Virus record (IMG/VR): IMGVR_UViG_3300035208_007487
Direction: 5' to 3' (one strand)
Source: a virus
Taxonomy: Duplodnaviria > Caudoviricetes
DNA: 64,000 nt
The notes under the pieces were generated by a model. The model was not told the origin of the DNA. It made no database searches and saw nothing but the letters and a program-made list of their open reading frames with translations. Made by a program: the position numbers and the translations under genes. Below are positions 21,520-31,854 of this stretch, piece by piece (the first letter of the stretch is position 1; each line of letters begins with the position of its first letter).

Positions 21520-24495
21520 TTAAGAATAAGCAATTGTTTCAAAATTTTCTCTATTAATTAATGAATAGTCACTTTTGCCTCTGAATATGATTGGAGTATT
21601 TTGTTCCAATTCATCAGGTGATTGGGTTAATTTATTAACTATTTCTCTCATGGTTGGATCAGTTATCTTATCTAATCCACTTAATTCATTAGTTATTAAT
21701 CTCTTTTTATAGATTGGTTCATCATCAATATTTCCATAATAATAAGGACTATTAGCATAATATAATACTGATAATATAGCAGTGACTAAATCATCATGTG
21801 CATCGCCCAAAGCAGCATATGAATTTCCTTTTTTACCAAAAGTGCATAGTTCAGTTATAGTATTAATATCACATATTTTAAGTAAGCCACGCTCAATATA
21901 TACTTGTAAATAGATGCAAGCTTCCATTTTTCTATTGTGGGATAAGTTAAAACCTAATCCATGCTCATTCATATGAATTAAATTAGGATAGTTTTTATCA
22001 TAATGCAATCCAGTTATAATAGCACCACCGGCTTGTTCCATCGTTTCAACTATAATACCAGCATCATAATAAATTTTAGCAAGATAATATATTTTTTCAA
22101 TATAATTTTTTGGAATAATATCATTAGATTCATAAACAGCAACTTGTTCTATATCAGTATTTGATTTAACTAACCATACTTGGCTAACGCTATAATCTTG
22201 TTTAGTACCCATAGCGGGATCAACAGTTACAACATATTCATATCCCTTATCCTTATATTCCTGATAATTCATTGGATATTTAAATATTCGTAATCTGTCA
22301 TCTTCCAATATAGCAATAGGTGAAGCTACTGGCAACTTCTTTAAGAATCCTGCATCAATTAATGTAGCAACAGATCCTTGGAATTCACATTCATATTCTT
22401 GTTTGAATCGAACAATACCTATTTTATCTATTTCTGTTTTCTTCCATTCTTCGGTTCTTCCAGGAACTTCATCCCAAGCTATTTCTATAGTCCTAAAATC
22501 TTTAGAATCCATAGGTAGGCCGCTTTTAGCTTTATTTTCCGCATCAGTCCACATTTTCCAGAAATGATTAAGACCACGAGGGGTTTGAAACCCTAGTATT
22601 CCACCATATACAACAGAATGAGCCCATTTATCATTTTCATTGTCATTTAATGAAAAATCATATACTCTTTCTACTCCGCTATCTATATTAGTTATTTTAT
22701 CCCAAATTAAATCCTCTTGAACATTTTCCATAAATTTATTATATTCATTATTATTAATAATTAATGATTTTTTAATACCAAGCATTTTTTCTCTAGAAAA
22801 ATGTTTTAGATCTCTATGAATTCCAATATGACTTATCTCTTTTATGCCTAATTGTTTAATAATATTGTTTGAATAAGGAATTACATCTGCATTACTGCCA
22901 ATATGCTTAGTTGTTATACAATTTGATATTCTAGCTTGTTTTCTATTAAATCTAAATCCCACAATATTATAAAATTTTAAAGCGAATGAATTGTTCGCAT
23001 CAATCTTATAATAATTTGAACTAACTTTAACTAATTTAGTAGGGGGGGTTATACCTTCACTCCACGAAGTTAATATTCCTAAATTAAGTAATAGCATTCT
23101 AACTTGAATAGTTAATTCTTTAGATGCAAATCCGATAGATATTCTTGCTTTAGTTTTATGTGCAGTGCCATCTCCATCAAATAATCCTTGTAACATTGCT
23201 ATTATATTATCTCTAGACATTTCTAATAATTTGCTAGGTATTATTTTATTTTTTGCTTTTAGATTAATATTAAATCCTAGATATTCTAATATGGTTACTA
23301 AAGATTTAGAATATATTACATAGTGAAATTTATCAACTTTACGATATCTAAGTGATAACGTATTCAAACAATCGCTAACATCATCTCCACAAGATATTAC
23401 TGTTGAATAGCTTGCATAAGGCCTCATTCCTTTTCTGCTATATCCTTCTGCAATATACAATCCTAAGAAATATGCAAAATCTTTAGAAATATGATTCATA
23501 TTAAATAAATTGCTACCTGTTAAATTAAGCTCACTTTGGCTAATATTATCATTATTGCCCCAAATATTCATTCCATATTTTATTGATATATAATCCCCAA
23601 CTTCTAATTCTTTAGCTCTAAATATTCCATATACTCCATTTTTACATGCATAATATTTATGTTCTAATGAACTTTCAATGAATGAATGAGCTGAACTTAT
23701 TTGTTTAGTTTCTTTTTCACCATCATTATGCATCACAATACCTGTATTAAGATCTTTATTAAACCCTTGCACCTTATATTCAGGCACATAATATCCATAT
23801 CCATCTGGTCTATTATCATCAATAAAATTACTTATTTGTTTTAATCCATTATTAGTAAATATCCAAGTATTTTTTACAACACATGATGTAATAATAACTT
23901 TAGCAGTTGTCATTGACGAAACAGTTGGTATAACTGACGAAATAAATTCATTAGCAATATATGGTTCAACGAAAGCAAATTCATCCAAATATAAAAAATT
24001 ATTGGTAAATCCACGACCAGAATCTTCTTTTGTAGCTGAACATTCCATTCTAGATCCATTAGCAAATTCAATACTGCCCTGATTCCATTTTAATACTGGA
24101 ACTTGCAGCCATAATGGAAGCTCAATTATCATAGCCTTAATTCTTCTTAATTGCTCAGAAGACATTGATTTTTTATGAGCTAAAATAAGAGCGCTTTTGT
24201 TTGGATTGAATAATACATACCATACCATATATGCAGCTACCGTAATTGACTTACCACTCTGTCTAGGGAATTTAGCAATTAGATATGAATTTTCGTGAAT
24301 TGCTTTAATAAATTTTAATGAATATTCTCTAGGTTGAAAATTAATTAAACCCAAATCTCCATCTACAATTTTTATATAATGTAAAATAAAGTAAATAGGA
24401 TCTCGTACAATTTTACGGATCTCTTCTATTTGCCAATCTTCATATTCAGTTTCACCATCGTCTATTCCACGTAGACGAGGATTATTTAGATACAT
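21520..24495 (-). CDS. terL: terminase large subunit (T4 gp17-like), intein-containing
   Basis: YLNNPRL, PRQSGKS Walker A, YLDEFAF Walker B, FKQEYECEF, nuclease VTVDP..DYS and HDDLV. Confidence 0.95.
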   Translation of the reverse strand: MYLNNPRLRGIDDGETEYEDWQIEEIRKIVRDPIYFILHYIKIVDGDLGLINFQPREYSLKFIKAIHENSYLIAKFPRQSGKSITVAAYMVWYVLFNPNKSALILAHKKSMSSEQLRRIKAMIIELPLWLQVPVLKWNQGSIEFANGSRMECSATKEDSGRGFTNNFLYLDEFAFVEPYIANEFISSVIPTVSSMTTAKVIITSCVVKNTWIFTNNGLKQISNFIDDNRPDGYGYYVPEYKVQGFNKDLNTGIVMHNDGEKETKQISSAHSFIESSLEHKYYACKNGVYGIFRAKELEVGDYISIKYGMNIWGNNDNISQSELNLTGSNLFNMNHISKDFAYFLGLYIAEGYSRKGMRPYASYSTVISCGDDVSDCLNTLSLRYRKVDKFHYVIYSKSLVTILEYLGFNINLKAKNKIIPSKLLEMSRDNIIAMLQGLFDGDGTAHKTKARISIGFASKELTIQVRMLLLNLGILTSWSEGITPPTKLVKVSSNYYKIDANNSFALKFYNIVGFRFNRKQARISNCITTKHIGSNADVIPYSNNIIKQLGIKEISHIGIHRDLKHFSREKMLGIKKSLIINNNEYNKFMENVQEDLIWDKITNIDSGVERVYDFSLNDNENDKWAHSVVYGGILGFQTPRGLNHFWKMWTDAENKAKSGLPMDSKDFRTIEIAWDEVPGRTEEWKKTEIDKIGIVRFKQEYECEFQGSVATLIDAGFLKKLPVASPIAILEDDRLRIFKYPMNYQEYKDKGYEYVVTVDPAMGTKQDYSVSQVWLVKSNTDIEQVAVYESNDIIPKNYIEKIYYLAKIYYDAGIIVETMEQAGGAIITGLHYDKNYPNLIHMNEHGLGFNLSHNRKMEACIYLQVYIERGLLKICDINTITELCTFGKKGNSYAALGDAHDDLVTAILSVLYYANSPYYYGNIDDEPIYKKRLITNELSGLDKITDPTMREIVNKLTQSPDELEQNTPIIFRGKSDYSLINRENFETIAYS
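22585..23883 (-). mobile_element. intein (433 aa) with LAGLIDADG homing endonuclease
   Basis: Splits ITS|TPRG; starts CVVKNT, block B SSLEHKY, LGLYIAEG and LQGLFDGDG, block F VYDFSL, ends GILGFQ/T. Confidence 0.9.
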
Positions 24496-24504
24496 AATTA
24501 TTAT

Positions 24505-25293
24505 TTAGTTGAATTTACATTCATATTCTTTTTTAAATCTATTAATTCCTATCTTATTAATAGTTTTAGCTTTCCAACTATCATCTCTACCAGGAACATC
24601 GTTCCAATTTATACTTAATAGTTTAAATTTTCTATTAGAAACTTTATATCTATTATTACATAATTTCCAAAAATCATTAAATTTATTGGGAGTGGAATTT
24701 ATGATAACTTTTGCATTATGATTATAAGGTAAATATTCTGATAAAAATGTTTCACAATCAAAATTATCCCAATAAGCAAATTCATTTAAATAAAATATGT
24801 TAGGACTTAATCCCCTTAATGAAGTTAGATTTGCCGCAGTGACGATAGAAATAGATCCATTAGATAATTTAATGCTTTGCTCATTCCAAGTTAAAATGGG
24901 CGATTGCAACCATAATGGTAATTTCGATATCATGCTTTTAATTCTTCTTAGCTGTTCTTTTACTAATATTTTTTTAGAATCTATCAATACTATATTACTA
25001 TTATAATGAAACATTAAATACCATATTAAATAAGCATCACATATAAGTGATTTACCACTTTGTCTGGGGAATTTTAATATAGTGCTTAAATTATTATGAA
25101 TATGGTTTATTGCATCTAAAATATATTCTCTAGGCTGAATATTAATTAATCCCATATCACAATCTTCTATTTTAATATAATTTAATATAAAGTATGCAGG
25201 GGATTCTATACATTTTATTAATTCACCAATTTGCCATGAATCTAGTTTAACGTCATCTTTGTTGCCTCTAAGCAAAGGATTATTCAAATACAT
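24505..25293 (-). CDS. terminase large subunit paralog, ATPase domain only
   Basis: MYLNNPLLRG, PRQSGKS, FYLNEFA, INSTPN; stops after FKKEYECKF; ATG 25293 follows TAAATA-N6. Confidence 0.85.
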   Translation of the reverse strand: MYLNNPLLRGNKDDVKLDSWQIGELIKCIESPAYFILNYIKIEDCDMGLINIQPREYILDAINHIHNNLSTILKFPRQSGKSLICDAYLIWYLMFHYNSNIVLIDSKKILVKEQLRRIKSMISKLPLWLQSPILTWNEQSIKLSNGSISIVTAANLTSLRGLSPNIFYLNEFAYWDNFDCETFLSEYLPYNHNAKVIINSTPNKFNDFWKLCNNRYKVSNRKFKLLSINWNDVPGRDDSWKAKTINKIGINRFKKEYECKFN

Positions 25294-25321
25294 ATCCAAT
25301 ATTTAGTCAAAAGATATTATA

Positions 25322-27313
25322 TTAAATTCCTAATCCGCTTCTAACTGAATTTGTTTTTGTTGTATTTAACTCTTTTAATTTATCTTTAAATGAATATCCA
25401 TACTTTTGGGTAAACAATTCTTCAATTTTAGCATATCTTTGAGCATATGGAATTTTCTTTAGGATAGATTCATTTTCTTTCATAATATCAGTCCATTTGT
25501 TTTTTAAGTCAACATATTGACTATCTATTCTAAAAGGTATTCCAGCAAAAGGTTTTTTGTCAGTAGATGTTCCTTTAGTAACTGGAGTATTCAAAGCATG
25601 CCCCCCATTTTTATTATTTCTAGCGGCCATTTGACTATTATAATATTCAAATTCTTCAATTAATGACTTATATAGCTGATCATTATTTGGAATACTCTCA
25701 AGATATGGTATTACTGTATTATTCAATTCATACCATATTACTCTAAGTTTATCACCATCATAATGATCTTTAACATATTCTAATAGCTTTTTAGTATTTG
25801 ATTTATTTTCTGTTTCATTATTTTGATTACTTTGCTCTTTAGGTAATTGTTTAAAACCATTAGCAACTGCTTTGATAAATGCTACATCAGATCCTTCATC
25901 AGATGAATTATCAATTACATCTAAGTAATCATTATTAATATCTGGAGAAGGGTTAGTGTCTAATTCTGGATCAGCCGGATTATATCCACTGATTTCTTTA
26001 GCTTTCCCAAATCCTAATGAATTATAAAAATAATCAGAAGTATGATTTAACATTTTAATAGTAGATTGATAAGGTCTTTTAATTTTTAATTTATCAGATG
26101 CTTTTAATAATTGCTTAGAAGTAACAACGGTTTCGCCATCATTACTAACAAATTTATCTAAGAATATTTCTAATTCAGAATATTCCTCCGAAGTCCCAAC
26201 TCTATTTGAATTATCTTCTGGGCTGAAATCTGGATTAAATCCAAACACTATATAAAAGCTTTTATCAGATAATACTTGAGGTTCGCTTAATACTGCTTCT
26301 AATAAAGCCTTATCAATTTCTTTACCTATCTTTTTAAGAATATTTTCTATTGGTTCAAATGTTGATTCATAGCTAGCACTTAACCCAATTAATTGTAAAG
26401 TTTTTTCTTTATTTAATACCTTATAAGTATCTTCAATTGATATATCACTATCCTCATTATCTGTATCGAATTCATTTATTGCATTAGATATTTCACTTAA
26501 TCTTTGTTGGGCTTCTTTACTATTATCAAATGAACTATCTATAAATTCTCTTGAAGTATTTACAACATAAAATGGTTTGATGTTATATGGTTTCCAATCA
26601 ATTGTAGTTGGATCACCTACTATTGAAAATAACTTAGTAGAATATTTTTGAACACTATAATTTTCTGCACCATATTCTTCGATTGAATTTAATCTATTCT
26701 TTGCAGATTCTTCATCTTTCCATCCACTATCTATTGATTTTTCTTCTATATTAATTACATAATATTTGTATTGTTCATTTGGATCATAATCTTCAGATTC
26801 AGCATCTTGAATTGCAGCCAATTCATCAGGTAAATATTTTTTATTAATATCTAATTCATTTAGATCTTCATTAGAAATTAAGCTATTAATTATATCATCA
26901 ATAGTTTCTTCTTTTTCTGGCTCGGCTTCTGGAGTATCTTCATTAGACAGAGGCTCACTTGGGGCTTGAGTTTTTTCAATTTCAGTATTTGGATTAGATT
27001 CATCCGAAGTATTAGCAGGAGATTCTAAAATTTTCTCATAATCTTTAGTTACAAATCCTAAAAATTTTGAAGCAATTCCATCCGGCTTATTTTCGCTACC
27101 ATCAATATATTCAAAGATTTTTTTAAAATCAATAATTTCTTTACGTTTAGATAATGTATCATCTACCCAATTAGCTTTTATATATACCTCAGTTTTACCT
27201 CTAGCCATCTCAATTGGAGCAATAGAGTTACTTAAATTAGCAGTAATAGATGGGTCTACTTCTTTCCAAGCTAGGTGCTCAAAATCAACTTCTAGCAATG
27301 ATTTTTTATTCAT
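25322..27313 (-). CDS. hypothetical acidic protein (possibly virion/internal)
   Basis: 663-aa ORF, TAAATA upstream; internal duplicated motif Y(Y)V(I/V)N....IDS. Confidence 0.6.
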   Translation of the reverse strand: MNKKSLLEVDFEHLAWKEVDPSITANLSNSIAPIEMARGKTEVYIKANWVDDTLSKRKEIIDFKKIFEYIDGSENKPDGIASKFLGFVTKDYEKILESPANTSDESNPNTEIEKTQAPSEPLSNEDTPEAEPEKEETIDDIINSLISNEDLNELDINKKYLPDELAAIQDAESEDYDPNEQYKYYVINIEEKSIDSGWKDEESAKNRLNSIEEYGAENYSVQKYSTKLFSIVGDPTTIDWKPYNIKPFYVVNTSREFIDSSFDNSKEAQQRLSEISNAINEFDTDNEDSDISIEDTYKVLNKEKTLQLIGLSASYESTFEPIENILKKIGKEIDKALLEAVLSEPQVLSDKSFYIVFGFNPDFSPEDNSNRVGTSEEYSELEIFLDKFVSNDGETVVTSKQLLKASDKLKIKRPYQSTIKMLNHTSDYFYNSLGFGKAKEISGYNPADPELDTNPSPDINNDYLDVIDNSSDEGSDVAFIKAVANGFKQLPKEQSNQNNETENKSNTKKLLEYVKDHYDGDKLRVIWYELNNTVIPYLESIPNNDQLYKSLIEEFEYYNSQMAARNNKNGGHALNTPVTKGTSTDKKPFAGIPFRIDSQYVDLKNKWTDIMKENESILKKIPYAQRYAKIEELFTQKYGYSFKDKLKELNTTKTNSVRSGLGI

Positions 27314-27350
27314 GTGAATACCCTTAATAAATATTTATTAAATATTAACT

Positions 27351-28337
27351 ATGGCGATAATATTTAAGCCTGGATTCTTTTATTACATTAAAGCTGAGTT
27401 ACCAATTACCGGCAAACTGATTGCTATTGCTAAAGTAACTAAGCGAGATGAATGGAATGCTTATTGCGATAGATATAAACGATTTTTTAAATCAATTATA
27501 TTAATGGAATATAATTCTATTAAGCCAATTAATGAAAGAATTCGTCAGGTAAGTAAATTAACTAATAACAATTTTAGAAAAATCATTAGAATTCCTAGAA
27601 TTAAAAAAGATAAGAAAAAGCCAATCAAAGGCAATTTATTAGTTAAGATAGATGGAGATACTGCATATATTCAAGTTAGCCATTTCAAAAAAAGAAAAAT
27701 AATTAAAATTGATTTAGAAGATTTGCAACCATTGCTAGATGTTACTAAAAAAAGTTTTTATTTTATTGGCAGATATAATAAGCAATCTAAAACAGTAAAT
27801 TATATATTAAGTAAAAAGAAATATAGACCTAATTCATTATATTCATATATATTAAAACAAAAAATATTTACAAAAGTAATACATAAAGATGGAGATATAT
27901 TTAATTATAAGAAAGATAATTTAATAGTAACTACTCAAAAATCAGTGATAGCAATTGCTCCAAATAATTACTCAGAAGTATTTGTTGAAAAAAAGATTAA
28001 TGAATTAGTTGGAGTAATAAAATCTGATAGAATTAGTTATAATTATATTGCTGAGATTCATGTGCATGGAGTTTTAATTAAATTAGGTAGATTTATTAAT
28101 GCAATAGATGCAGCAATGGCTTATGATATTGCTAGAATGTATTATTATGGTAGAGATAAAACTGCTAATTATCCAGCCAACTACTATTTCATTTTAAAAC
28201 AAGACCTTGTTCTAAAATGGTACATTAATTTAAAAAAACGTAAATATCAGAATGAATCTAATTTGGCACGAGAATTGATGAGTAATATGTTGGCAGAAAG
28301 CCAGAAAGAAAAGGACACACATGGAAACGAGAATTAA
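27351..28337 (+). CDS. HNH/AP2-domain endonuclease-like DNA-binding protein
   Basis: Degenerate HNH (VIHKDGDIFNYKKDNL) and AP2 (YIAEI..LGRF..AIDAAMAYD..YYG). Confidence 0.7.
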   Translation: MAIIFKPGFFYYIKAELPITGKLIAIAKVTKRDEWNAYCDRYKRFFKSIILMEYNSIKPINERIRQVSKLTNNNFRKIIRIPRIKKDKKKPIKGNLLVKIDGDTAYIQVSHFKKRKIIKIDLEDLQPLLDVTKKSFYFIGRYNKQSKTVNYILSKKKYRPNSLYSYILKQKIFTKVIHKDGDIFNYKKDNLIVTTQKSVIAIAPNNYSEVFVEKKINELVGVIKSDRISYNYIAEIHVHGVLIKLGRFINAIDAAMAYDIARMYYYGRDKTANYPANYYFILKQDLVLKWYINLKKRKYQNESNLARELMSNMLAESQKEKDTHGNEN

Positions 28338-28662
28338 CGAGCTATTTAATTGGTGGGACTCATATATTTCAACAGAGGCATCTTCAATTAATAAAAATGA
28401 AATAATTGATGGAGAATCAATTAAATTAGATTTATTAGGTGCTAAAAAAGAGAATATATCCGTAGATGTTAGTGGGCAAATAATAACAGTAAAATCTACT
28501 AAGAAAAATATATATGGGCAAAATACTAAATTTGAAAGAACATATCAACTAGACGAAAAATATGATACTAAATCCCTTAAAGCCAAATATGAAGATGGAA
28601 TATTAACTATTTCAGCCGATGTAAAAGAATCGCGAAAACCTAGAAAAATAGAAATAGATTAA
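28321..28662 (+). CDS. small heat shock protein (Hsp20)
   Basis: DLLGAKKENISVDV, FERTYQL, AKYEDGILTI, PRKIEI. Confidence 0.9.
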   Translation: METRINELFNWWDSYISTEASSINKNEIIDGESIKLDLLGAKKENISVDVSGQIITVKSTKKNIYGQNTKFERTYQLDEKYDTKSLKAKYEDGILTISADVKESRKPRKIEID

Positions 28663-28666
28663 ATTT

Positions 28667-28693
28667 TAAAAGGCCCAATTAATGGGCCTTTTT
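28667..28693. terminator. bidirectional intrinsic terminator
   Basis: AAAAGGCCCA-ATTAA-TGGGCCTTTTT between convergent genes. Confidence 0.8.
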
Positions 28694-28694
28694 G

Positions 28695-30029
28695 TTATAC
28701 TATATTATTCTGTTTAACTTTGCCATCACCTTTAATATTAAATATTTCATTAGTTAATCCAACTAAATGTTTACATAAAGCTGGGATATAATTTGGATTT
28801 GTTTGATCTGATGGTAATGTATAATTAATTGGATATCCATCTTTAGTTCCTCGTCTAGTTACTGCACCGGCCAATGATTTATTTCTCATATTAGCAAAAG
28901 CCAAGTAATAGATAAATGACTTGCAATCGCATCTAACTTCACATGGAAGATCTACACTCCATTCTTGAGTTAATCTTTGTCTTCTTAATTGAATCCATTG
29001 TGAATAATAGTCATGTTTGGTTGGATCTTCAGATGTACACATTGAAGTAATAGATGCTTGTAAATATTTTAAGTCTGGGTGCAATGAATTAGCTTTAATT
29101 GAATTAAAAGTTACTGCTACATTAGTTGAAGTACCTCTACTAGGAAATACTTTAAAGAAATTATTATATAATGTTCTTAAATGTTTTTCTTTTTTCCAAT
29201 CATAGCTTACTTGAGGTTCTTCCTTTTTTTCAGAAGCAGGTAAAGTTTTACTAGATGGCAAAGTTGGTGCAATTGGTTTAGGTTGTTTAGCTGGAACAGG
29301 CTCTTCAATTGGAGAGGAAGGTACTTTAGGGGCGTTTAGAGGGGAAGTAATTGGTTGTTCGGTTGGTTCTTCAATAGGTTGTTCCGGCTCGTTTAAATCG
29401 TCCAGAGACGGGGGCTCTTCATTATTTGTTACATTAAATTCAGGCGGAATTTCAGCATCAGGCTCATTTAAATCATCTAGATTCTTATCATCATCATCAT
29501 TTGGATTTTTTCTATTGGTTGCTTCTAGCATAATATTACGTCTAAAAGCAGATTCTAATAATGCATTAACTTCTTCAATAGTTTCTGCACCTAAATCATT
29601 GCAAACTTCTTGTAAATCTTCTTCACTGAAAGTATGATCAATATTTGTTGGCTTATTTTCTTCAAAAAATTTCCATTTTGTTTCATAAAATTTAGGCCAA
29701 TCTCCATCAGCAATAACAATATTATATTTTTTGCATAATTCACTTAATTCAGGTGAAGCAAAATATGCAAAAATAGAATAATCTTTTAGTTTAATCATTT
29801 TTTTAATATATAAATTATTAGCATTACCTTTTCCGTAATACTTATTAGCTTCATCTAATTTAGAAACTTCAGATTCAGGTATTGAATATAATTCACCAAT
29901 AACTGTTCCAGACTCTTCAGTTATAGCTGGATCACCATATGGAGATTGATATAATTTATATGGTAATTTAATTTTTTTACCAGATAAACTTTCTAAAGGT
30001 TTATATAAAAAAAACAATACATTGTTCAT
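28695..30029 (-). CDS. GGCT/AIG2-like domain + Pro-rich linker + SWIM zinc finger protein
   Basis: VIGELYSI..LDE..Y..I.DGDW GGCT-like N-terminus; CDCKSF...LCKHL SWIM. Confidence 0.55.
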   Translation of the reverse strand: MNNVLFFLYKPLESLSGKKIKLPYKLYQSPYGDPAITEESGTVIGELYSIPESEVSKLDEANKYYGKGNANNLYIKKMIKLKDYSIFAYFASPELSELCKKYNIVIADGDWPKFYETKWKFFEENKPTNIDHTFSEEDLQEVCNDLGAETIEEVNALLESAFRRNIMLEATNRKNPNDDDDKNLDDLNEPDAEIPPEFNVTNNEEPPSLDDLNEPEQPIEEPTEQPITSPLNAPKVPSSPIEEPVPAKQPKPIAPTLPSSKTLPASEKKEEPQVSYDWKKEKHLRTLYNNFFKVFPSRGTSTNVAVTFNSIKANSLHPDLKYLQASITSMCTSEDPTKHDYYSQWIQLRRQRLTQEWSVDLPCEVRCDCKSFIYYLAFANMRNKSLAGAVTRRGTKDGYPINYTLPSDQTNPNYIPALCKHLVGLTNEIFNIKGDGKVKQNNIV

Positions 30030-30054
30030 ATGTATTATTTAGATATAAATTTTA

Positions 30055-30522
30055 TTACCACTTCTTAGCAAATGCGGTGACAATAGTATTAATCATCTGA
30101 AAATTACCTGAAATAAATATCAAAATTATTATGACTAATATAACAGCGGTATCTATTTTTGTGAACTTTTTAAAAAGTGAAGAAGTGCTATTATTGTTAC
30201 TATTATTATCTATATTTTTTGATAATAATTCCATCATTTTGTTATTAGTTTCTTTATTAGAAGCTTCAACTCCTCTTAAACGATATTCATGATCACTAAT
30301 TTTATCTTTAATACTATCAAAATTCTTAGCACTATTCTCTACATACTCATTAATCTTTTTTTCTAAAGTATTATAATTATTATCCATCATATCTACTAAT
30401 CTATTATAATTAATATCAGTGCGCTCTTCTAATTTAGTATAACTAGCATCAAATTTGCCTTCTAATCTTTTCATCCACTCTATTAGCATGTCTTCCTGGA
30501 TATTGCTATTATTTGGTGCCAT
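30055..30522 (-). CDS. coiled-coil protein with C-terminal TM helix (holin/XhlA-like?)
   Basis: DHEYRLRGVE coil; hydrophobic AVILVIIILIFI. Confidence 0.4.
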   Translation of the reverse strand: MAPNNSNIQEDMLIEWMKRLEGKFDASYTKLEERTDINYNRLVDMMDNNYNTLEKKINEYVENSAKNFDSIKDKISDHEYRLRGVEASNKETNNKMMELLSKNIDNNSNNNSTSSLFKKFTKIDTAVILVIIILIFISGNFQMINTIVTAFAKKW

Positions 30523-30573
30523 ATTTTATATTTATAAAGTAGAGCTAATAATTAAAAAAATTAATTATTCAGA

Positions 30574-30759
30574 TTAACTTATTTTCCCATCTTGTATCCA
30601 ACGAGAGATCGCACCAAAAAATCCTAAGATATCTATTGATCCAAATAACATAATAATAGTTCGTAATTGGCTATTTTCCCAAGCTGAAGTCCAAATAGAT
30701 ATTACTATGAATATTAAAAAGATTATTCCAGTTATTAATGCTATTTTTGGATTATTCAT
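30574..30759 (-). CDS. small two-TM membrane protein
   Basis: Two hydrophobic segments; TAAATA-N6-ATG. Confidence 0.55.
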   Translation of the reverse strand: MNNPKIALITGIIFLIFIVISIWTSAWENSQLRTIIMLFGSIDILGFFGAISRWIQDGKIS

Positions 30760-30771
30760 AGCAACTATTTA

Positions 30772-31392
30772 TTATCCAAGCACTTTTTTCTTGAACATTT
30801 CAAATGGAATTTTAAACATAGTCGGAATATCTATTTTAGCAATTCCACTTTCTAATAACCATTTATAATAACTTTTATTAGCAAAAAAATATTTAATTGC
30901 ATCTCCAGTGTCATTATATTGAAACTTAACACCGCCATCTGATTGTATTTCCATAGGAATCCCTCCAAATACAGATGGATCAATTGTTTTAAACATTAAT
31001 TTAACTAAGAAAGCGGGAGGTGTAATGAATTTGAAATTACTCATTTTAGCTACGATATTTTTAGAAGCCATGCCCCATATTGGTTTATGCTCAGAATCTA
31101 TTAATTCTTGCATACCTCTCATAGCTGAAATTGGAGATCCCGCAACTCCAGTTAATTTAATTGGGCCACTTCTTTGTGGTCTAGTTGCAACGAATCCTTT
31201 ATTCTTATCGCCATAAAATTCCCATAGTTTAGCTCTATCGAAAAACTTAGATTCAGTCCAAGATGAACCAGTTGATCTTTCATAAGATGTTTTAAAGATC
31301 TCAAACACCTTATTAAGTTCATTTTGATCTAAATCGTTTACTGTAAATCGCTCTTCGTATAAAAAACCATTATATTCAATTAAAGCGCTCAT
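30772..31392 (-). CDS. hypothetical protein with YNGFLYE N-terminal tag
   Basis: MSALIEYNGFLYEE; late motif upstream. Confidence 0.65.
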   Translation of the reverse strand: MSALIEYNGFLYEERFTVNDLDQNELNKVFEIFKTSYERSTGSSWTESKFFDRAKLWEFYGDKNKGFVATRPQRSGPIKLTGVAGSPISAMRGMQELIDSEHKPIWGMASKNIVAKMSNFKFITPPAFLVKLMFKTIDPSVFGGIPMEIQSDGGVKFQYNDTGDAIKYFFANKSYYKWLLESGIAKIDIPTMFKIPFEMFKKKVLG

Positions 31393-31401
31393 ATTTATTA
31401 T

Positions 31402-31854
31402 TTATAAATTAGCAATATAATCTCTAATTAATTGGATACTCTTTTCAAACCCTGGATGCAATGGTCGTGGGAATTTCCCAAATGGATTAATCCAAATAAA
31501 ATCATCATTTTCCCAATTTAAAATAGGAGTAAACTCATGATCTACAATAGCCAAATAGGTAGTATATTTAAAGGAATTCTCTTTATATTCACATATTTTA
31601 TCTAACTCATATTTTTCATCATATTGAAGTTCCTCTGAGACTTCGCGTCTAAGAGCCTCTTCAAGCTCTTCTCCATCTTCTACCTTCCCACCAACGCTAC
31701 TCCAGCAATGAGGCTTTCTAACCCGCTGTGAGCGGTAAACAAGGCATATTTTACCACTATCCTTAGCATAGAAAATACACCCAACTGCATTTAATCCATA
31801 ATTTAATAATTCTTCATAAATTGCATTATTATATAATAGCTTATACCGATTCAT
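31402..31854 (-). CDS. NUDIX hydrolase
   Basis: Nudix box GGKVEDGEELEEALRREVSEEL; N-terminal YNNAIYEE. Confidence 0.9.
   Translation of the reverse strand: MNRYKLLYNNAIYEELLNYGLNAVGCIFYAKDSGKICLVYRSQRVRKPHCWSSVGGKVEDGEELEEALRREVSEELQYDEKYELDKICEYKENSFKYTTYLAIVDHEFTPILNWENDDFIWINPFGKFPRPLHPGFEKSIQLIRDYIANL

Noticed and set aside
24505-25299. Terminase split by an intron or frameshift across the two ORFs
   Set aside because: Both ORFs start with the same N-terminal region, so this is a duplication and not two halves
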